Positions 18,500 to 28,383 are shown, counted from the first letter of the stretch. The stretch is 64,000 nt of DNA from Anaerolineales bacterium (GCA_020847435.1 JADLBX010000018.1:2653-66652), one strand, 5' to 3'. Translations and numbers: made by a program. The notes: a model not told the origin generated them from the letters alone.

Positions 18500-19513
18500 A
18501 TGGCTACAAATCAATCGCCGACTGTTTATACGGGGGAAATTGCCGAGCAACGCATTGACGCATCGAAAGAATACACGACTCAAAATCAAGAGATTAATTT
18601 TTCTGCCGAACAGCACGCGATCTGGGCGGACCTGTACGCGGGCGTGCATCAGAGTTATCTGCTTGAACATATTTGCGCCGAGTGGAAACGCGGCATGGAA
18701 CTGTTGGAGTTGAGCCCGAAGGGGATTTCGACGGTGGCGCATTTGAACGAGCGCATCACACCGCGCACGGGCTGGCGCATCGAACGGACGGTGATCCGTT
18801 ACACGCTTGCCGACGATTGGTATAAAAAATTCGCCCAGCGCATATTTTTGATCACGGATTATTTGCGGACGCGCGACCAAATGGAATTTACGCCCGAACC
18901 AGATATGTTCCATGACATCTTCGGGCATCTGCCGTTCTTGACGCAGGAGTTTTACGCGCGCATCGAGGATAAATTTGCGCCTGCCTACATGAAAGCGACG
19001 CAGGAGGAGCGCGAGGTGATCAAGCGGCTGGCGTGGTACAGCACGGAGTTTGGATTAGTCGTGCAGGATAACCGCTTCAAAGTTTTCGGCGCGGGAATCA
19101 TTTCGGGGCGCAAGGAGTTGACGCGCACGATCATGGAGTTCTACCGCCTCGGTCGCGACAACGTGCTTGATTACACTAAGCCGATCTTCCCGCAGTTGAA
19201 CGCGCATTTTCAAGCGAACAAGAACAAACTGCACCGCATCATTGACGGGGTGAACGCCCTTCACCAAAAAGGTCAGATGTCCTCCGCCGACGCGGGATGG
19301 AACGTGGTGCTTTCGCTGTATCAAAATTTGGGTATCAAGCAAGATGGCATCTTCGGCGGCGAGGTGATCATCGCTCCGTTCGACATCGAGACCATCGCCC
19401 GCATCCCGAAGACTGTCTACGCGTTCAACCCGATGCTGTTCGTGTGCGAATCGCTGGCGCAGATGGATGAGGTGTTGGAGTCGTATTTGGGTCCGATTGC
19501 GAAGAGGAGTTAA
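18500..19513 (+). CDS. phhA: Pterin-dependent aromatic amino acid hydroxylase (PhhA-like) with a C-terminal insertion
   Basis: YLR..FTPEPDMFHDIFGHLPFL (two Fe His), WYSTEFGL, FGAGIISGRKE (Fe Glu), PFD...FVCES. Confidence 0.85.
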   Translation: MATNQSPTVYTGEIAEQRIDASKEYTTQNQEINFSAEQHAIWADLYAGVHQSYLLEHICAEWKRGMELLELSPKGISTVAHLNERITPRTGWRIERTVIRYTLADDWYKKFAQRIFLITDYLRTRDQMEFTPEPDMFHDIFGHLPFLTQEFYARIEDKFAPAYMKATQEEREVIKRLAWYSTEFGLVVQDNRFKVFGAGIISGRKELTRTIMEFYRLGRDNVLDYTKPIFPQLNAHFQANKNKLHRIIDGVNALHQKGQMSSADAGWNVVLSLYQNLGIKQDGIFGGEVIIAPFDIETIARIPKTVYAFNPMLFVCESLAQMDEVLESYLGPIAKRS

Positions 19514-19547
19514 TCGGAATATCGCCTCTATCTTTTCTTGAAATTGT

Positions 19548-19952
19548 ATGAAAATCGCTTGGAAAAAGACCTCAATCTCTATTTTGTTATTTGGGATCAG
19601 CGGCGGGATATTCCTCTCGGCGTTAGTTGTACCGTTTCTGTCTTTCTCCAATAATAACCTGCGTTTTTATCCGTTGATGATGATTATGGCTTCTCTGCTG
19701 ATACTTCAACACAGAAAAACCATTAATGAAATTGTCGATGAAGACACTTTGGAATTGAAAGAAATGTGGTATGTTGGCTTCGGGGTAATACTGCTGGTTT
19801 TTACGTCATTTGGCTTTCTGATAACCTTTAGCAAAGATTGGCTTGCAGTAGAGGCGAGATATTATTGTGTCGCTTTGGGTCTTCCGATTTTGGTTGCGTT
19901 CATTGCTCGAGCTATTGCAGGCGCAAATCAGATCGAGAAGAGTGGTTTGTAG
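19548..19952 (+). CDS. Hypothetical 4-TM membrane protein, AT-rich
   Basis: Four hydrophobic segments; visibly lower GC than neighbours; 3' end overlaps the convergent lgt-like gene. Confidence 0.55.
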   Translation: MKIAWKKTSISILLFGISGGIFLSALVVPFLSFSNNNLRFYPLMMIMASLLILQHRKTINEIVDEDTLELKEMWYVGFGVILLVFTSFGFLITFSKDWLAVEARYYCVALGLPILVAFIARAIAGANQIEKSGL

Positions 19953-20658
19953 AGTACTCTGATAAGAAGAAAAATACAACGCACAATATTGCCCACGCGA
20001 TGATCTGCGCTAATCGAAATTCTCCGAATACAAGAACGCTGTCCCCGCGAAAGGCTTCAAGGAAGAGGCGCGCCCCAGCGGTGAGGGCGACGAACTCGAG
20101 AAACACAATGCCAGGGGTAAATAACGATTTGCGAAACCAGATGATTCCGAAAATGATCAGCGCGGCGATCAACTCGTAGATTTGAGTCGGGTGGCGCGTC
20201 GCGTTCCAGAGTTCGATGCCCCAGGGCAGATTGGTGGGAGCGCCGAAGGCTGTGCCAGCCGCGAGGTGGGAGAGGTGGAGTCCGATGGCGAGAAAAGCAA
20301 GGATGGGAGTCAACGCGTCGAGCGCGCCCCAGAAGGGGAGGTTTAGTTTCTTGCCGTAGGCGAATCCAACCAGAGCCGCGACGAGGAATCCGCTGGCGGT
20401 GTCGAATAGGTCAATGTTGAGGGAGAAAATGTTGAGCGGGGATTCGGCGAAGGCGGAATAATTTGTCAGCGCGAAGAGAATCCGCCCGCCGATGAGGAAG
20501 CCGAAGAGGCTGTAAAAGGTGAGGTTGTTGAGCGCGTCTTTCGAGACGCCGTGACGTTCGCTCCGCTTTTCGGCGAGGGCGAGTCCGATCCACAGCGCGG
20601 CGACGAGGAGGATGATGTCGCGGGGTGGGGCGAAGAGAGTGCGGAAGAGGGTGAGCAT
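19912..20658 (-). CDS. Prolipoprotein diacylglyceryl transferase family protein
   Basis: Start MLTLFRT; GGRILF, FGAPTNLPWG, RHPTQIYE, RLFLEAFRGD. Confidence 0.85.
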   Translation of the reverse strand: MLTLFRTLFAPPRDIILLVAALWIGLALAEKRSERHGVSKDALNNLTFYSLFGFLIGGRILFALTNYSAFAESPLNIFSLNIDLFDTASGFLVAALVGFAYGKKLNLPFWGALDALTPILAFLAIGLHLSHLAAGTAFGAPTNLPWGIELWNATRHPTQIYELIAALIIFGIIWFRKSLFTPGIVFLEFVALTAGARLFLEAFRGDSVLVFGEFRLAQIIAWAILCVVFFFLSEYSTNHSSRSDLRLQ

Positions 20659-20676
20659 AGAATAGATAAATGTGCC

Positions 20677-20822
20677 CGGTGGTTGAGTAGTCCCGCGATG
20701 CTTTTCGCGGGACGTATCGAAACCACCAGTAAGCAAAGTCACTCTTGTAACAAGAATTCAACTGGTTAGCGGTGGTCTCGATACGACCTTCGCAAAAATC
20801 GCTCAGGTCTACTCGACCACCG
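20677..20822. repeat. Second REPIN/MITE-like inverted pair of family A
   Basis: cggtggttgagtag...gtatcgaaaccacc, spacer gtaagcaaag...caagaatt (homologous to the spacer at 1499-1541), inverted arm ggtggtctcgatacg...ctactcgaccaccg. Confidence 0.85.
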
Positions 20823-20828
20823 AGTTGC

Positions 20829-21368
20829 TTATTTCAAAATCTCCTCCACCCGCGTGCGCAAGAGCGCTTCCGCCATCGGTCCGCCGATGACGACTTCGCG
20901 GATGATTCCATTGCGGTCGATGAAAAATGAGGAGGGGAGCGATCGAAGTTGATATGCACGCGCGGTCTCGCCTGTTTCATCGAGCAGGATTGGAAATGTC
21001 AGTTCGTGTTCTTGCACGAACGGCGGCACGGATGAGAGTTTGTCTTGATAGGTCATGTCAATAGCGAGGACGACGAAGCCCTCGTCTTTGTATTCGTTGT
21101 ACACTTTTTCGATGGCGGGCATTTCGGCGCGGCAAGGCGGGCACCACGTCGCCCACAGATTCACCAACACCGCCTGTCCGCGAAAATCGGAGAGGCGCAT
21201 CGTTTCACCGTCGGTCGTTGGCAGAGAAAAGTCGGGGGCGAGAAAATTTCGTTGGGGCGCGGCAGGCGTCCCTGCGAAAGAAGCGGCGTTTTCGTCCGCG
21301 CTGAGATAGATCCACACGAGTCCCAATAGAAGAATGAGCGCGTACATAGATCGTTGTGATAGGCGCAT
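20829..21368 (-). CDS. TlpA/ResA family thiol-disulfide oxidoreductase
   Basis: N-terminal TM, APDFSL, NLWATWCPPCRAEMP, LPSSFFIDRNG. Confidence 0.93.
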   Translation of the reverse strand: MRLSQRSMYALILLLGLVWIYLSADENAASFAGTPAAPQRNFLAPDFSLPTTDGETMRLSDFRGQAVLVNLWATWCPPCRAEMPAIEKVYNEYKDEGFVVLAIDMTYQDKLSSVPPFVQEHELTFPILLDETGETARAYQLRSLPSSFFIDRNGIIREVVIGGPMAEALLRTRVEEILK

Positions 21369-21452
21369 GTCGTTTAGTGCGTTCGGTCGCGGCGAATCTT
21401 ACGCACAGAAACACGATGGTACAATCGAATAAAATCAAATCGTCAGGATGAT

Positions 21453-23423
21453 ATGAACAACGATCTTCAAACTCGCTCGATCAACACTTTACGATTTCTT
21501 TCGGCGGACGCCGTACAAAAAGCGAACTCGGGTCATCCCGGACTTCCGATGGGCGCGGCGGCGATGGCATTCGCGCTCTGGACGCGTCATCTGCGACACA
21601 GCCCGCGCAATCCAAAGTGGATGGGACGCGACCGATTTATCCTTTCGGGCGGACATGGTTCGATGCTCCTTTATTCTTTGTTGCATCTGACGGGTTACGA
21701 TGTGAGCCTCGACGACATCAAAAATTTTCGACAATTCGGAAGCATCACGCCTGGTCATCCCGAACACGGACTCACGCCCGGCGTTGAAGTGACGACGGGT
21801 CCGCTGGGGCAGGGGTTTGCGCAAGGCGTGGGCATGGCGATCGCGGCGAGTCATCTTGCCGCTGAGTTCAATAAACCGAATCATGAATTGATTCAATCGT
21901 TTATTTATGGAATTGTGACCGACGGCGATTTGATGGAAGGCGTCGCTTCCGAAGCCGCGTCGTTGGCGGGACATTTGCAGTTGGGGCGTATCATTTATTT
22001 GTACGACGATAATCACATTTCGATTGACGGCTCGACGGATTTGGCGTTCACTGAAAACCGCGCCGCGCGCTTCGATGCTTATGGCTGGCACGTTCAATCG
22101 GTGAGCGACGGCAACGATGTGGAGGCGATTGACAAAGCCATCGAAGCCGCCAAAGCCGATCCGCGACCGTCTATCATCATGTGCCGCACGACAATCGGAT
22201 TTGGCGCGCCACATCGCCAAGGCACGTCGAAGGCGCACGGCGAACCGCTCGGCGATGAAGAGTTGAACGCGGCGAAAGAAAATTTGGGCTGGCCCCTCGA
22301 GCCGCGTTTCCTCATCCCTGGCGATGTGCTGGAGTTTTTTCGCAACGCTGTGGAAGTGGGACGCAGCAGAGAAGACGAATGGGAGAAGAAGTTCGTCGCT
22401 TATAAAACGGAATATCCCGAACTTGGCGCGGAACTTCAACGCCGTTTGAAAGGCGAATTGCCTGCTGGATGGGATTCTGATTTGCCGATTTTCCCCGCCG
22501 ACGAAAAAGGGATGGCGACGCGCGCTTCCTCAGGCAAAGTGTTGGACGCGCTTGCGGCGAAGTTGCCCGAACTCCTCGGCGGCTCTGCGGATTTGACTCC
22601 GTCGAACAACACGAAATTTATCGAGGCGGGCGAATACCAAAAGGAGAATCGAAGCGGTCGTTATGTCCACTTTGGCGTGCGCGAACATGGCATGGGCGCG
22701 GCGTTGAATGGAATGAATCTCTACGGCGGCGTTATTGCGTATGGCGGTACGTTCCTCATCTTTTCGGATTACATGAAGCCTGCCATTCGTCTCGCCGCAA
22801 TTTCGCACGCGCCGACCATTTTTGTCTTCACGCATGATTCAGTCGGTCTCGGCGAGGATGGACCGACACACCAGCCCATCGAGCAACTTGCCGCGTTGAG
22901 GGCGATTCCCAATCTGGTGACCATCCGCCCTGCGGACGCGAACGAGGTCCGCGAGGCGTGGAAGGTGGCGATCTCGCGTCGCAACGGACCGACCGCGCTT
23001 GCGCTCACTCGTCAGGCGGTTCCTACTTTTGAGTTGGGACAAATTGGCAATTTGTCCAACGGGGCGTATGTGTTGAAAGATTTTGGAACACCCGAAGTCA
23101 TCCTCATGGCGACTGGCTCAGAAGTTGGTCTCATCATGGGCGCGGCGCAGAAATTGCACGAGGAAGGCAAAGGCGTGCGCGTGGTGTCCTTCCCAAGTTG
23201 GGAGTTGTTCGAGAAGCAGGACGATGCATACAAAGAGTCGGTTCTGCCGAAAAAAATTCAGGCACGACTCGCTGTCGAAGCGGGAGCCAGCCTCGGCTGG
23301 GAACGATACGCCAAATCCACGCTGTGCATTGACCACTACGGCGCGTCCGCTCCATATAAAGTCATTTTTGAGAAGTTTGGGTTTACGGTTGAGAATATTG
23401 TGGCGCGAGCGAAAGGGCTTTAA
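21453..23423 (+). CDS. tkt: Transketolase
   Basis: [47 protein letters not shown]. Confidence 0.98.
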   Translation: MNNDLQTRSINTLRFLSADAVQKANSGHPGLPMGAAAMAFALWTRHLRHSPRNPKWMGRDRFILSGGHGSMLLYSLLHLTGYDVSLDDIKNFRQFGSITPGHPEHGLTPGVEVTTGPLGQGFAQGVGMAIAASHLAAEFNKPNHELIQSFIYGIVTDGDLMEGVASEAASLAGHLQLGRIIYLYDDNHISIDGSTDLAFTENRAARFDAYGWHVQSVSDGNDVEAIDKAIEAAKADPRPSIIMCRTTIGFGAPHRQGTSKAHGEPLGDEELNAAKENLGWPLEPRFLIPGDVLEFFRNAVEVGRSREDEWEKKFVAYKTEYPELGAELQRRLKGELPAGWDSDLPIFPADEKGMATRASSGKVLDALAAKLPELLGGSADLTPSNNTKFIEAGEYQKENRSGRYVHFGVREHGMGAALNGMNLYGGVIAYGGTFLIFSDYMKPAIRLAAISHAPTIFVFTHDSVGLGEDGPTHQPIEQLAALRAIPNLVTIRPADANEVREAWKVAISRRNGPTALALTRQAVPTFELGQIGNLSNGAYVLKDFGTPEVILMATGSEVGLIMGAAQKLHEEGKGVRVVSFPSWELFEKQDDAYKESVLPKKIQARLAVEAGASLGWERYAKSTLCIDHYGASAPYKVIFEKFGFTVENIVARAKGL

Positions 23424-23590
23424 ACACAAAGGACACTACGGACACGAAGGTGGTTTAAGGGATGGTTGTGGTTATGAGTTTCTGTTTGGTCTAGGTTGGT
23501 TGTGTCAGAAGGATTGGGCAGAAGATTATCGAAAGGAATTCACCACGTTGCGCCACATGAATCCTTGGTGACCTTTGTGTCCTTCGTGGT
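23424..23590. repeat. Family B element: 9-nt-periodic inverted arms flanking ~110 nt of unique sequence
   Basis: acacaaaggacactacggacacgaagg ... ccttggtgacctttgtgtccttcgtggt. Confidence 0.75.
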
Positions 23591-23602
23591 AAAAATAAAC
23601 TG

Positions 23603-24067
23603 ATGAAAATCGCTGTTGGTTTTGACCATGCGGGCTTCCCGCTCAAACAAACCGTTCTGGAATCTGTCCGCGCGGCGGGACACGAACCGATTGACCTCGG
23701 CACAAACTCCGCCGAGTCGGTGGATTTCCCTGACTATGCCGAAAAAGTTGGACGCGCCATCCAAAACGGAGAAGCCGAACGCGGCATCATCGTTTGCGGA
23801 TCGGGAATCGGCGCGTGCATTGCCGCCAACAAGATGAAAGGCGTGTACGCTTCGATTTGCCACGACACATACTCTGCCGCGCAAGGCGTGATGCACGACG
23901 ATATGAACGTCCTCTGCCTCGGCGGTCGTGTGATCGGACCCGAACTCGCCAAAGCCCTTATCCCTGCGTTTTTGAATGCGGAGTATCAAGGAAACGAGGC
24001 GGGAGGGGAGCGGTTGGCGAGGAGGGTGGGGAAGATTCATAAATTGGAGAACGAAGAAAAAGTATAA
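23603..24067 (+). CDS. rpiB: Ribose-5-phosphate isomerase B
   Basis: GFDHAG, VDFPD, CGSGIG, ANKMKGV, NVLCLGGRVIG. Confidence 0.96.
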   Translation: MKIAVGFDHAGFPLKQTVLESVRAAGHEPIDLGTNSAESVDFPDYAEKVGRAIQNGEAERGIIVCGSGIGACIAANKMKGVYASICHDTYSAAQGVMHDDMNVLCLGGRVIGPELAKALIPAFLNAEYQGNEAGGERLARRVGKIHKLENEEKV

Positions 24068-24098
24068 TTGTCTTCGTTACAGAATTTGGAGGCGCAAG

Positions 24099-24332
24099 AT
24101 GGCACAAACACTTATCGTTTCAGATCCGAAAATCATGATGGGTCAGCCTGTCATTTCGGGTACGCGTATAACGGTTGATTTGATCCTCGAGAAACTCTCA
24201 TCGGGCGAGACGTTCGACCAGTTGTTGCAAGCCCATCCGCGATTGACTCGGGAAGGTATTCAAGCCGCGCTGAATTTTGCGCGTGAAGCCCTGCGCGCAG
24301 ATGTGGTTTATCCTATTACCGAGTCTGTTTGA
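24099..24332 (+). CDS. DUF433 family antitoxin
   Basis: SDPKIMMGQPVISGTRITV...HPRLTREGIQAAL. Confidence 0.9.
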   Translation: MAQTLIVSDPKIMMGQPVISGTRITVDLILEKLSSGETFDQLLQAHPRLTREGIQAALNFAREALRADVVYPITESV

Positions 24333-24682
24333 TGAATATCCTTGCCGATGAGTGCGTGGATCGCGGCATCGTTGACCGTTTACGAGACGACGGACATGAA
24401 GTAAGTTACGTCGTTGAAATGTCGCCAGGGATTATGGACGAGGAAGTTCTCGCCCTTGCCCGCGCCGACAATACGTTGTTCGTGACTGCCGATAAAGATT
24501 TTGGAGAGTTGGTTTTTCGCCAAGGGTATGTTAAACGAGGAATCGTTCTATATCGTCTGGCTGGACTTTCAACGAACGATAAGGCGGAGATAATTTCACA
24601 GGCAATTAGCGAACATGGCGAAGAGCTACTACAAGCGTTTAGCGTGATCACTGAAAAAGCGATACGAGTTCGCAAGATTTAG
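24332..24682 (+). CDS. DUF5615 PIN-like (VapC45-type) toxin
   Basis: ILADECV, DEEVLALA, FVTADKDFGEL; coupled to DUF433. Confidence 0.88.
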   Translation: MNILADECVDRGIVDRLRDDGHEVSYVVEMSPGIMDEEVLALARADNTLFVTADKDFGELVFRQGYVKRGIVLYRLAGLSTNDKAEIISQAISEHGEELLQAFSVITEKAIRVRKI

Positions 24683-24720
24683 ATTCAGCTCCGCTCGACA
24701 ACAAGCAAAAAGAGGAAATC

Positions 24721-27528
24721 ATGTCAGATTCAATAAAAAAACTCACATCCCTCGGACAATCCCTCTGGTACGACAACATCCAGCGAAAGATTTTGGAGAA
24801 CGGCGAATTCAAAGCGATGATCGAACGCGGCGACATTCGCGGCGTCACGTCGAACCCGTCCATCTTCAACCATGCAATTACGAAGAGCGCCGATTACGAC
24901 TCCGCGCTCACTCCGCTCGCCTGGGCGGGTTGGGACACGGAGAAGATCTTCTGGCAGTTGGTCATCGAAGACATCAAAGCCGCGTGCGACGCGTTCCTGC
25001 CGCTTTATGAAGAATCGAACGGCGGCGACGGTTACGTCAGCATCGAAGTCACTCCGAACCTCGCTTACGATACGCAAGGCACCATCGCTCAAGCCGAACA
25101 ATTGTGGGCGCGTGTCAAACGACCGAATCTCATGGTCAAGATTCCAGCCACGAAGGAAGGCATCCCTGCGATTCAAAAATCGGTCGCGGCTGGACTCAAC
25201 ATCAACATCACGTTGATCTTCTCGCTCAAACGTTATGCCGAAGTGATGGAAGCCTACCTCAGCGGGCTTGAAGAACGCGTCGCGGCGGGCAAGTCCATCG
25301 AACATATCGCCTCGGTGGCATCGTTCTTTGTTTCGCGCGTCGATTCTAAAATTGATCCCAAACTGGACGCCCTTGCTCAGAGCGGGTCTCCAGACCCGCT
25401 CGGTCTCAAAGGCAAAGCCGCCATTGCAAACGCAAAAATGGCATACGACGAATTTCAAAAAACATTTTCGGGTCGTCGTTGGGAAAATCTCAAAGTGAAG
25501 GGCGCCCGTGTCCAGCGTCCGTTGTGGGCGAGCACCAGCACGAAAAATCCCGCCTACCCCGACACGCTTTACGTGGACAACCTCATCGGTCCCGAAACCG
25601 TCAACACTGTTCCGCCCGCCACGCTCGAAGCCTTCAAAGATCACGGCGTTGCATCCATGACTCTTGTGCGCGGGCTTGACGAAGCGCAGGACGCCCTCAA
25701 CAAACTGGAAGCCGCGGGCATCTCGATGGATGTCGTGACTCAAGAACTCGAAGATGAGGGAGTCAAAGCCTTTGCGGACGCGTTCGCACAATTACTCGCG
25801 ACGATTGATGAGAGAAGGAAGAACGCCGCTTCTTCTCTCGGATACTTCGACTCGGCTCAGCACAAGCCTCTAGCTGGTTCTGTTTCGACGCGTTTATCGC
25901 AACTCGAGGCTGATTCCGCTCCCGCGCGCCTGTGGAAACATGACCCATCCCTTTGGGCATCCGCCAAGGATAAAGAAGGTCAACACGAAGTCACCATCCG
26001 CATGGGCTGGCTCGACTCCACCGACAAAGCGCGCAAGAAACTGAAAGAATACGAATCGTTCGTCACAGAAATCAAAAAAGCAAAAATTGACCGCGTCCTC
26101 GTTCTAGGCATGGGTGGTTCCTCATTAACTGCCGAAGTATTTAGTTTACTCCTCGATGCATCCCCCTCTCCCAGTGGGAGAGGGGTTAGGGGTGAGGGAT
26201 TGCGCCTCGGCATCCTCGACTCCACCGACCCTGCGCAAGTGGCAGAAGCCGCAAAAAATTATCCTCCCGAAAAGACACTCTACATCGTCGCCAGCAAATC
26301 GGGCGGCACCGCAGAGGTGATGGCGAACTTCAATTACTTCTGGATGTTGAGCAAAAAGGATGGCTCACACTTTGTAGCCACCACCGACCCTGGCACGTCG
26401 CTCGAAGCGCTTGCCAGAAAGCGCGGCTTCCGAAAAATTTTCCTCGCCGATGAATTCGTCGGCGGGCGCTACTCCGCACTAACCGATTTCGGGCTCGTCC
26501 CTGCCGCGTTACTCGGCGTGGACTTGAACCATCTGCTCGACCGCGCTGATTGGATGAGAAATCAGTGTGGCGAACACGTCCCTGCGGCGCGCAACCCTGG
26601 GCTGGCGTTGGGAGCCGTACTCGGCGAATCCGCTCTCCACGGGCGAGACAAGTTGACCGTCGTGGCTGACGCGGCTTTATCCCCCTTCGCAAATTGGATC
26701 GAGCAGATCATTGCCGAATCAAGCGGCAAGCACGGCAAGGGAATCCTGCCTGTGCCGCTCGAACCGCTTGGGAGTCCCGATGTCTATGGCGACGATCGCA
26801 TCTTTGTTTATCTGCGTCAAACAGGCGAACACGATGAGGCGATGTCGAAACTCCAAGCCGCAAGATATCCTGTTCTCCAATTTCCAATTTCCACTTTCTA
26901 CGATGTTGGCGCTGAAATTTTCCGCTGGGAAATTGCGACGGTTGTCGCGTGTTCGATCATCGGCGTGAACGCGTTCGACCAGCCGAATGTTGAGTCGAGC
27001 AAGAAGATCACGAAGGCGAAGATTGCCGATTACCAAAAGAAGGGAAAGTTGCGTGAGGGCAAGCCCGCGTGGAAGAAAGAAGGCGTGGCGGTGTTTTCGC
27101 CGACGGTTGTGACGGGCGCGTCGCTGGGCGCGGTGTTGAGCAAGTTTTTGAAAAAGGCGAAAGCGGGTGGCTATGTGGCGATCAACGCGTACCTGCCGCG
27201 CAACGATGAAATGAACGACGCTCTGCAAAAGATGCGCGTCGCTGTCCGCGCCAAAACTGGCAACGCCGTGACCGCTGGGTTTGGTCCACGCTTCCAACAC
27301 TCGACGGGTCAATTTCACAAAGGCGGACCGAAGAACGCGCTGTTCCTCGTCGTCACCGCCGAGTCAGAAAAAGATGTGGACATTCCCACCGAAGGAATGA
27401 CATTCGGCACGCTCATCCGCGCACAAGCGCTTGGCGATTACGAAGCGTTGATCGAGGCGAAGAGGAAGGTGTTGCGAGTTCACTTGCCTAGTGTTGAGGC
27501 TGTCCACGCGTTGCTAGAAGCCTTATGA
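24721..27528 (+). CDS. tal: Bifunctional transaldolase / glucose-6-phosphate isomerase
   Basis: GVTSNPSIF, MVKIPAT, NITLIFS, LWASTSTK, then GMGGSSL, SKSGGT, GGRYSAL, EQIIAESSGK, FDQPNVESSK. Confidence 0.95.
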   Translation: MSDSIKKLTSLGQSLWYDNIQRKILENGEFKAMIERGDIRGVTSNPSIFNHAITKSADYDSALTPLAWAGWDTEKIFWQLVIEDIKAACDAFLPLYEESNGGDGYVSIEVTPNLAYDTQGTIAQAEQLWARVKRPNLMVKIPATKEGIPAIQKSVAAGLNINITLIFSLKRYAEVMEAYLSGLEERVAAGKSIEHIASVASFFVSRVDSKIDPKLDALAQSGSPDPLGLKGKAAIANAKMAYDEFQKTFSGRRWENLKVKGARVQRPLWASTSTKNPAYPDTLYVDNLIGPETVNTVPPATLEAFKDHGVASMTLVRGLDEAQDALNKLEAAGISMDVVTQELEDEGVKAFADAFAQLLATIDERRKNAASSLGYFDSAQHKPLAGSVSTRLSQLEADSAPARLWKHDPSLWASAKDKEGQHEVTIRMGWLDSTDKARKKLKEYESFVTEIKKAKIDRVLVLGMGGSSLTAEVFSLLLDASPSPSGRGVRGEGLRLGILDSTDPAQVAEAAKNYPPEKTLYIVASKSGGTAEVMANFNYFWMLSKKDGSHFVATTDPGTSLEALARKRGFRKIFLADEFVGGRYSALTDFGLVPAALLGVDLNHLLDRADWMRNQCGEHVPAARNPGLALGAVLGESALHGRDKLTVVADAALSPFANWIEQIIAESSGKHGKGILPVPLEPLGSPDVYGDDRIFVYLRQTGEHDEAMSKLQAARYPVLQFPISTFYDVGAEIFRWEIATVVACSIIGVNAFDQPNVESSKKITKAKIADYQKKGKLREGKPAWKKEGVAVFSPTVVTGASLGAVLSKFLKKAKAGGYVAINAYLPRNDEMNDALQKMRVAVRAKTGNAVTAGFGPRFQHSTGQFHKGGPKNALFLVVTAESEKDVDIPTEGMTFGTLIRAQALGDYEALIEAKRKVLRVHLPSVEAVHALLEAL

Positions 27529-27565
27529 GGATGTGCTATACTAGCCGCTGACAAGGAGCGATTCC

Positions 27566-27796
27566 ATGTTGAATATTGACGAACGGATTGTTCGAATTCA
27601 CATTGAAAAATTACCCGAGGGCGTCTATTTGGCTACCTCCGACGATGTGCAGGGATTGGTCGCTCAGGGACGAACGATCGCCGAGACCGTCGAGATCGCT
27701 CGCGATGTCGTTCGCAAATTATTGGAAGCGCAGGACGATGTTCAATTACCGCAAGTTAGTGAAAGTTTCGATTATCAGTTGATCGTTGCGGGATAG
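27566..27796 (+). CDS. HicB-like antitoxin (no DNA-binding tail)
   Basis: EGVYLATSDDVQGLVAQGRTIAETVE. Confidence 0.82.
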   Translation: MLNIDERIVRIHIEKLPEGVYLATSDDVQGLVAQGRTIAETVEIARDVVRKLLEAQDDVQLPQVSESFDYQLIVAG

Positions 27797-27798
27797 CG

Positions 27799-28023
27799 AT
27801 GGGGAGGCTTGCTGGTTTTCGGTATCGGCAAATCGTCAAAAAACTCAAGGCGTTTGGCTTTGAGTTTTTTCGTCATGCGGCGGGAAGCCATGAAATCTGG
27901 CGCAATCCCTCAACTGGGCGCTTTACGACTGTTCCAAATCACCCAGGCGATATGCCCGAAGGCACGCTGAGATCGATCTTGAAACAAGCAGGCGTATCGC
28001 CTGATGAATTTTTAGAGAAATAG
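27799..28023 (+). CDS. HicA family toxin
   Basis: GF...AAGSHEIW...VPNHPGDMPEGTLRSILKQAG. Confidence 0.93.
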   Translation: MGRLAGFRYRQIVKKLKAFGFEFFRHAAGSHEIWRNPSTGRFTTVPNHPGDMPEGTLRSILKQAGVSPDEFLEK

Positions 28024-28025
28024 CC

Positions 28026-28364
28026 ATGACCAAGTTATCCGAACTCAAATGCGTTGCCTGTCGCGGCGGCGACCCAGCGCTGACCGAAGCCGAGATCGCC
28101 GAACTGCAACCGCAAACTCCCGATTGGCAGATCGTGGTGCGGGATGGTATCCCGCACTTGGAACGCGTTTTCAAATTCAAAAATTTTGTCCAAGCGTTGG
28201 AGTTTTCAAACAAAGTTGGAGCGATTGCTGAAGAGGAAGACCACCACCCAATGTTGGTCGTCGAATGGGGTCGAGTTGGGGTGCATTGGTGGACACACGT
28301 GGTGAAAGGATTGCACAAGAATGATTTCATCATGGCGGCGAAGACCGACGAGTTGTTCGAATAG
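28026..28364 (+). CDS. phhB: Pterin-4a-carbinolamine dehydratase
   Basis: FKFKNFVQAL, AEEEDHHP, WTHVVKGLHKNDFIMAAK. Confidence 0.94.
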   Translation: MTKLSELKCVACRGGDPALTEAEIAELQPQTPDWQIVVRDGIPHLERVFKFKNFVQALEFSNKVGAIAEEEDHHPMLVVEWGRVGVHWWTHVVKGLHKNDFIMAAKTDELFE

Positions 28365-28383
28365 CGCGGGTTAGAATCTCACT

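Noticed and set aside
20659-20742. N-terminal extension of the lgt-like ORF through the repeat (GGFDTSREKHRGTTQPP)
   Set aside because: The likely start is the ATG at 20658, so this repeat is treated as intergenic rather than a coding insertion.
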